27,857 nucleotides of DNA, taken from the NCBI GenBank assembly GCA_964649915.1, contig CAZYQZ010000001.1, positions 1 to 27,857 of the forward strand, given 5' to 3'. The notes under the pieces were generated by a model. That model saw nothing but the letters and a program-made list of their open reading frames with translations, was not told where the DNA came from and searched no databases. Positions 24,006 to 27,857 of the stretch are shown here, piece by piece. This stretch comes from an uncultured Gammaproteobacteria bacterium (lineage in GTDB: Bacteria > Patescibacteriota > Microgenomatia > 2-02-FULL-39-11). The translations under genes and the position numbers were made by a program. How positions within the stretch are numbered: the first letter of the stretch is position 1; every line of letters begins with the position of its first letter.

Positions 24006-24199
24006 TTATTGTCTGGTCCTACTGGAATAAGGAGCAAGGCCAATGGGGCACGAACGTGACCTGGGCGGTTTCCTCGAACGCCTCGGCTGGAGACGGGGGA
24101 GTGCCAGCGACGGTCGAGGTGCAGCGCAAGATTGCCCCGATAATGAACCGCTTCAAGCGACGGCCACCGAAAGGAACAACACGGACATGGGGACGTTAG
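24002..24199 (+). CDS. Small hypothetical protein
   Basis: 65 aa, ATGA overlap with the upstream gene, W-rich N-terminus and basic C-terminus. Confidence 0.6.
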   Translation: MIIVWSYWNKEQGQWGTNVTWAVSSNASAGDGGVPATVEVQRKIAPIMNRFKRRPPKGTTRTWGR

Positions 24200-24396
24200 C
24201 CGATACCCGAGACGCCTTGAAAGACCCCGCCATTGCCAGGCGTGCCGCCTGGTGGGCGCAGAAGTATAACGAGGACCGGACGCAGACCAAGGACCAGCGC
24301 CAGCGCAAGATCCAGGACCATCTGATGCGTGAATTCCCCCTAGACCGGAAAGTCGCCCGTGGCTTGGTCACGTATGCGACCAGAGAGTGGGTATGA
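24187..24396 (+). CDS. Small hypothetical protein (69 aa; start revised to 24187)
   Basis: MGTLADTRDALKDPAIARRAAWWAQK..., with AAAGGA upstream of ATG 24187. Confidence 0.7.
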   Translation: MGTLADTRDALKDPAIARRAAWWAQKYNEDRTQTKDQRQRKIQDHLMREFPLDRKVARGLVTYATREWV

Positions 24397-24400
24397 GCAG

Positions 24401-25021
24401 CTACGCAGAATTTCTCTTCATGGCGCGAGCAGCTACCCCTTTCATCGCAAAGGCAATCCGCTGTTCTGGCGTGAGATTAGCAAAAGCTTCTCTCTTTAGT
24501 TTGCTCATTCTTGCTCTATCTTCTTCGGTCCATATTCTTGGTGTTGCCATAACCCGCGCTTTAGCCAGAGAGATACGGGCTTTAGCCCGCCATTGCTCGG
24601 TAGCTGTCATGGCTTTACATCTGGCTGTCAATTTCTCCAGATGCTCCTTGCTGAAGGATCTTTTCTTGCCTCTCGTTGCATCGCCAATCTTTTTGCGCGT
24701 CTCATCTGACGGGTTCCTCAACCCATCTCCTCCTTTAGTGCCGTTCGTTAAAGAGGCCCCGACAAATTTCATATATTGTATCCAGAACATTTCTGCTTCC
24801 TCCCACTGGTCATCGCGCACTTCCTCAATAACAAATACCTCTGGCTTTAACCCAGAGGCAAGCAACCCTCTTATCCAATTGTTCTTGTACGTGACAGGTC
24901 TCAACTGGCTGTCACATAGATGTGCATACTTTCGCTTGGTAGGGTTCTTGGACTTGCCGACGTATCGGATATGGCCAGTGCGTGGGTCTATTAGACCGTA
25001 TATAAATACGTTAGATGCCAC
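24401..25021 (-). CDS. Antisense GIY-YIG homing endonuclease with NUMOD3-like motif
   Basis: FIYGLIDP...RYVGKS, conserved R and E...E..WI...LTN, then NPSDETRKKIG. AT-rich, GTG start. Confidence 0.9.
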   Translation of the reverse strand: MASNVFIYGLIDPRTGHIRYVGKSKNPTKRKYAHLCDSQLRPVTYKNNWIRGLLASGLKPEVFVIEEVRDDQWEEAEMFWIQYMKFVGASLTNGTKGGDGLRNPSDETRKKIGDATRGKKRSFSKEHLEKLTARCKAMTATEQWRAKARISLAKARVMATPRIWTEEDRARMSKLKREAFANLTPEQRIAFAMKGVAARAMKRNSA

Positions 25022-25026
25022 GTCAT

Positions 25027-25056
25027 ATTATGGGGGTGCAACAGCTTGAATGTCAA
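25027..25056 (-). promoter_or_regulatory. Putative sigma70 promoter for the antisense GIY-YIG gene (leaderless)
   Basis: Minus strand TTGACA (25056-25051) - 18 nt - CATAAT (25032-25027) - 5 nt - GTG 25021. The -35 box is the complement of the adaptor gene's aTG TCA Aca. Confidence 0.65.
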
Positions 25057-26075
25057 CAACTTCTCAAGTAACTGATTTCCTAGACATTTATACCGACTTA
25101 CAGAATCGTGTTCGAGTGGCAACTGGGGTGACAGCTACGTCTAACCAGGCTAAACGGTACTGCAATATCGCTTTGCAAGACATCCATATCGGCACCGATT
25201 ACGTGTTCCCCTGGACCGAACGCCGGGCCTTTCTCACGACCAAGGCCCCGTACACGACCGGCACGGTCTCCATTGCGGCCGGGAGCTTGTCTTTGACCGG
25301 ATCCGGCACGGCCTGGAATACGGCTAATACCTATAACCAGAATAACCTGCGCGTGGGTTCAAAACTCACCATCGCTGGAGCCACCGACATCTACCGCGTG
25401 TCAGCCGTCTCTGGCGATACCGCCGCGACGCTTGAGACCCGGTACGTCGCCTCCAGCGATGCTTCGTCCGCTGAGTATCGGGCGTTTGAAGATGAATACG
25501 CCCTGGCGAGCGACTTTCTCCGGCCGATTGACTTTGCCTTGTTCAGCACGGATTGGAATATTCCCCTGCTGGACCGCAAGGAATTTCGCCGGTTGCATAC
25601 GCGGGGCAATATCAGTGGCAGACCCACGTCGGCTTCGATCCTGGACCTGTCCTTTAGCGGGTCCACCACGCCCGTGCGTAAGGTCGTGTTCTACCCCTAT
25701 CCGGACCAGACCTACATTATCCCCTACTCGTATGTGACCAGTAACCTGGTCGTCACCAGCGCCGGGGTCGAACAATCGGCCATGTCCAGCGACACGGATG
25801 AGCCCATGATGCCGCTCCGGTACCGGCACATTATCGTACTCCATGCCCTCGCTAACTGGTATCGGGACAAGCGCGATGACGCCCGCAGCCAGGAGGCGAA
25901 GGCTGAGTTTGGCGAGCTGATGAGCCGGATGATTGCCGACCACGATATGGGCACGCACAATCGGGTCCGTATCCAGCCGAATGAAGGACTGTACCGTGCT
26001 CATGCCGTGCGGCCGTACCGGCGACAGGGCGGGACCCGGTACTCGATCAATAACCGTTTTGATAGCTTCCGATAA
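25050..26075 (+). CDS. Probable head-tail adaptor / tail tubular protein A with inserted beta-domain
   Basis: 341 aa with a helical N-terminus (AKRYCNIALQDI), EYALASDF, FYPYPD and P..YRHIIV..AL..Y...D motifs typical of P22 gp4 / T7 gp11-like adaptors. Confidence 0.72.
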   Translation: MSTTSQVTDFLDIYTDLQNRVRVATGVTATSNQAKRYCNIALQDIHIGTDYVFPWTERRAFLTTKAPYTTGTVSIAAGSLSLTGSGTAWNTANTYNQNNLRVGSKLTIAGATDIYRVSAVSGDTAATLETRYVASSDASSAEYRAFEDEYALASDFLRPIDFALFSTDWNIPLLDRKEFRRLHTRGNISGRPTSASILDLSFSGSTTPVRKVVFYPYPDQTYIIPYSYVTSNLVVTSAGVEQSAMSSDTDEPMMPLRYRHIIVLHALANWYRDKRDDARSQEAKAEFGELMSRMIADHDMGTHNRVRIQPNEGLYRAHAVRPYRRQGGTRYSINNRFDSFR

Positions 26076-26077
26076 CC

Positions 26078-27655
26078 ATGCCACAACAACGCTCACAATT
26101 CGTGACTCACCAATTTTCTGGCGGCTGGGCTACGGACTTTGGCCCGACCTATTACGGCGCACCGGACGGCACGGCCATGAAGCTGCCCTGGCTCAATACT
26201 GCCACGAACGTAGTCTATGAGTTCGACGGCGGCCCTCGCAAAGCGCCGGGCACGAATAAACTCAATGCCAGCGTCATCGAGTCCTCCCAGACCGTCACGG
26301 GCATCTATGATTACTGGCGGCTCGGGACCGGCGCGACCCCGTCCCAGCGCCGGGTCGTGCATGTCAACGATAAAATCTACCACGACGGCGGCACCGGCTC
26401 CTTTTCAAGCTTGACAAGTGGGCTTGAAGTCGGTACAATCCCGCACTATAGCACGTTTAATGACCTGCTCATTATCGGGTCAAGCAGTACCACGGACGTG
26501 CCGAAATCGTGGGATCAGTCCACGTTCCAAAATCTCGCAGGCTCCCCACCCCGCTTCAGTTTCAGTATCAAGCACCAGGGCAAGCAATGGGCCGCTGGCA
26601 ACTGGGCGGTTCCGTACCGGCTCTATTACAGCGTCACGGGCAACCCTGAAGACTGGACCAGTACCGGCTCCGGGTCGATTGATATTGACCCAGGCGACGG
26701 AGACCGGATCGTGGGCTTATTCTCCTGGCGGAACGAACTCTGGGTCTTTAAGGGGCCGAATAAGCTCAGTATCCACCGCATTACTGGGGCCACCCCCAGC
26801 ACATTTGCTAGAGCCACCTTCACAGAAGGGATTAGTGCGGCGAACCAGTCGTGCATCTTCCCGATGGGCGATGATGTCGGGTTCGTCTCCCCGCGTGGCA
26901 CGATCCATTCGCTGAAGACCACCTCCAACTATGGTGATTATGTCCAGTCGTATATCAATTACCCGATCTTAAGTTGGTGCCGCGATTATATGAACCAAGG
27001 CCGGGCTCAGTATTGGCAGGCGGCAACTGATCATTTGCGTGGGTATACGCTGGTTACGTTCCCATTGTCCGGGGTCACGAACAATACCCGCTGTCTCATG
27101 ATGGATTGGCGCTTCCTCGCGCAAGGGGAACCGTACCCGCGCTGGGCCTTGTGGGACTTTGCCTCACTGGCCTCATTGGGGTATGGGCTCGATACCAGCA
27201 ACCGCCCGAGAATCTTCGCGGGAGGCTATAACGGCTACGTCTACCGGCTCGATCAATCAACGCGCTCGCACAATAGCACCAGCATTAATTACAACGTGAA
27301 AACTCCGTTTCTGACCTACGGCAGCGAATACGAGACGAAAACCGTCAACGTCGCTAGTGTCGGTATGGCCCCTCGCTCCAGCACGAATACCTCTACGTTT
27401 GGCTGGACCAGAGATAGCGCGGCCGAACAAACCACGACGTTTACACAACGCGCCGGGGGCACGTTCGGCACGGCCGTGTTCGGGACCGATGTTTTTGGCG
27501 GGTCATCCTTTACGCAGCGGTTCATGGAATTGGAAACTGGCGGTGACTTCCGCAGTATCCAGTACCGGATCAGCGACAACAACAACGACGGTGACTTGGA
27601 AGTCCATAATCTTGGCGCGGTTCTGACCGGAACCGGCTACAGCACGGAGAACTAA
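26078..27655 (+). CDS. Probable tail hub / tail tubular protein B (P22 gp10-like beta-propeller)
   Basis: 525 aa starting with QFSGGW. Propeller-like blades (LYYSVTGNPEDWT, IVGL..WRNELWVFK), located directly after the adaptor. Confidence 0.75.
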   Translation: MPQQRSQFVTHQFSGGWATDFGPTYYGAPDGTAMKLPWLNTATNVVYEFDGGPRKAPGTNKLNASVIESSQTVTGIYDYWRLGTGATPSQRRVVHVNDKIYHDGGTGSFSSLTSGLEVGTIPHYSTFNDLLIIGSSSTTDVPKSWDQSTFQNLAGSPPRFSFSIKHQGKQWAAGNWAVPYRLYYSVTGNPEDWTSTGSGSIDIDPGDGDRIVGLFSWRNELWVFKGPNKLSIHRITGATPSTFARATFTEGISAANQSCIFPMGDDVGFVSPRGTIHSLKTTSNYGDYVQSYINYPILSWCRDYMNQGRAQYWQAATDHLRGYTLVTFPLSGVTNNTRCLMMDWRFLAQGEPYPRWALWDFASLASLGYGLDTSNRPRIFAGGYNGYVYRLDQSTRSHNSTSINYNVKTPFLTYGSEYETKTVNVASVGMAPRSSTNTSTFGWTRDSAAEQTTTFTQRAGGTFGTAVFGTDVFGGSSFTQRFMELETGGDFRSIQYRISDNNNDGDLEVHNLGAVLTGTGYSTEN

Positions 27656-27857
27656 ATGGCCCTGTCGAGAGTTAAGATCTTTGTTGATGGCGAAGTCATC
27701 TACGCCGCCGATGTCAATGCTGAGTTCCAAAACATTATCGACAACGCGGCCTCGCTGATCTCGCCGCTCCCCGGTTCCTTGGACTGGGACGGGTACGCGC
27801 ATACGCTCGATGCCGCTGGCGTGACCACAGCCCAATCCACCGCCGCGATTGCCTGGA
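27656..27857 (+). CDS. Probable tail fibre/spike N-terminus, truncated by the window edge
   Basis: ATG immediately after the upstream TAA. MALSRVKIFVDGEVIYAADVNAEFQNII resembles the GE.L.A.DLNAEF anchor of podovirus fibre proteins. No stop before the window end. Confidence 0.65.
   Translation, partial: MALSRVKIFVDGEVIYAADVNAEFQNIIDNAASLISPLPGSLDWDGYAHTLDAAGVTTAQSTAAIAW

Larger units (their letters stand above)
1..27857. mobile_element. Tailed phage or prophage genome segment (accessory arm plus packaging and morphogenesis module)
   Basis: Gene order terminase-portal-scaffold-capsid-adaptor-tail. Genes are tightly coupled by ATGA, GTGA and TAATG overlaps. No host housekeeping genes or att site are visible, so free phage versus prophage cannot be decided. 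Confidence 0.95.

Overview
The whole window looks like part of a GC-rich tailed dsDNA phage or prophage (Caudoviricetes, probably with a short P22-like tail). No host genes, integrase, tRNA, rRNA or CRISPR array were seen. Positions 1-2560 hold a leftward operon of eight small hypothetical genes. Positions ~2561-4017 are a ~1.45 kb non-coding region with a 78-bp degenerate direct repeat, six copies of a TAA-N4-TTGA motif, spaced palindromes and a G-quadruplex-forming run; it may be the control, packaging or terminus region. From 4018 to the end runs a rightward morphogenesis operon: terminase small and large subunits, portal, scaffold, capsid cement, major capsid protein, an ~11 kb accessory block, head-tail adaptor, tail hub and the start of a tail fibre. 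In the accessory block, two glycosyltransferases, a sugar-type acetyltransferase and a SAM methyltransferase are interleaved with beta-helix, LamG-like and very Ser-rich putative virion proteins. This is the strongest candidate for a new system: phage-encoded glycosylation of the virion with acetyl and methyl tailoring. Five free-standing homing endonuclease genes of four types sit at gene junctions. The two antisense ones appear to have sigma70 promoters written into the first codons of the neighbouring gene, and the gene after the LAGLIDADG nuclease appears to start at ATC. All family calls come from motif recognition by eye; no database searches were run.
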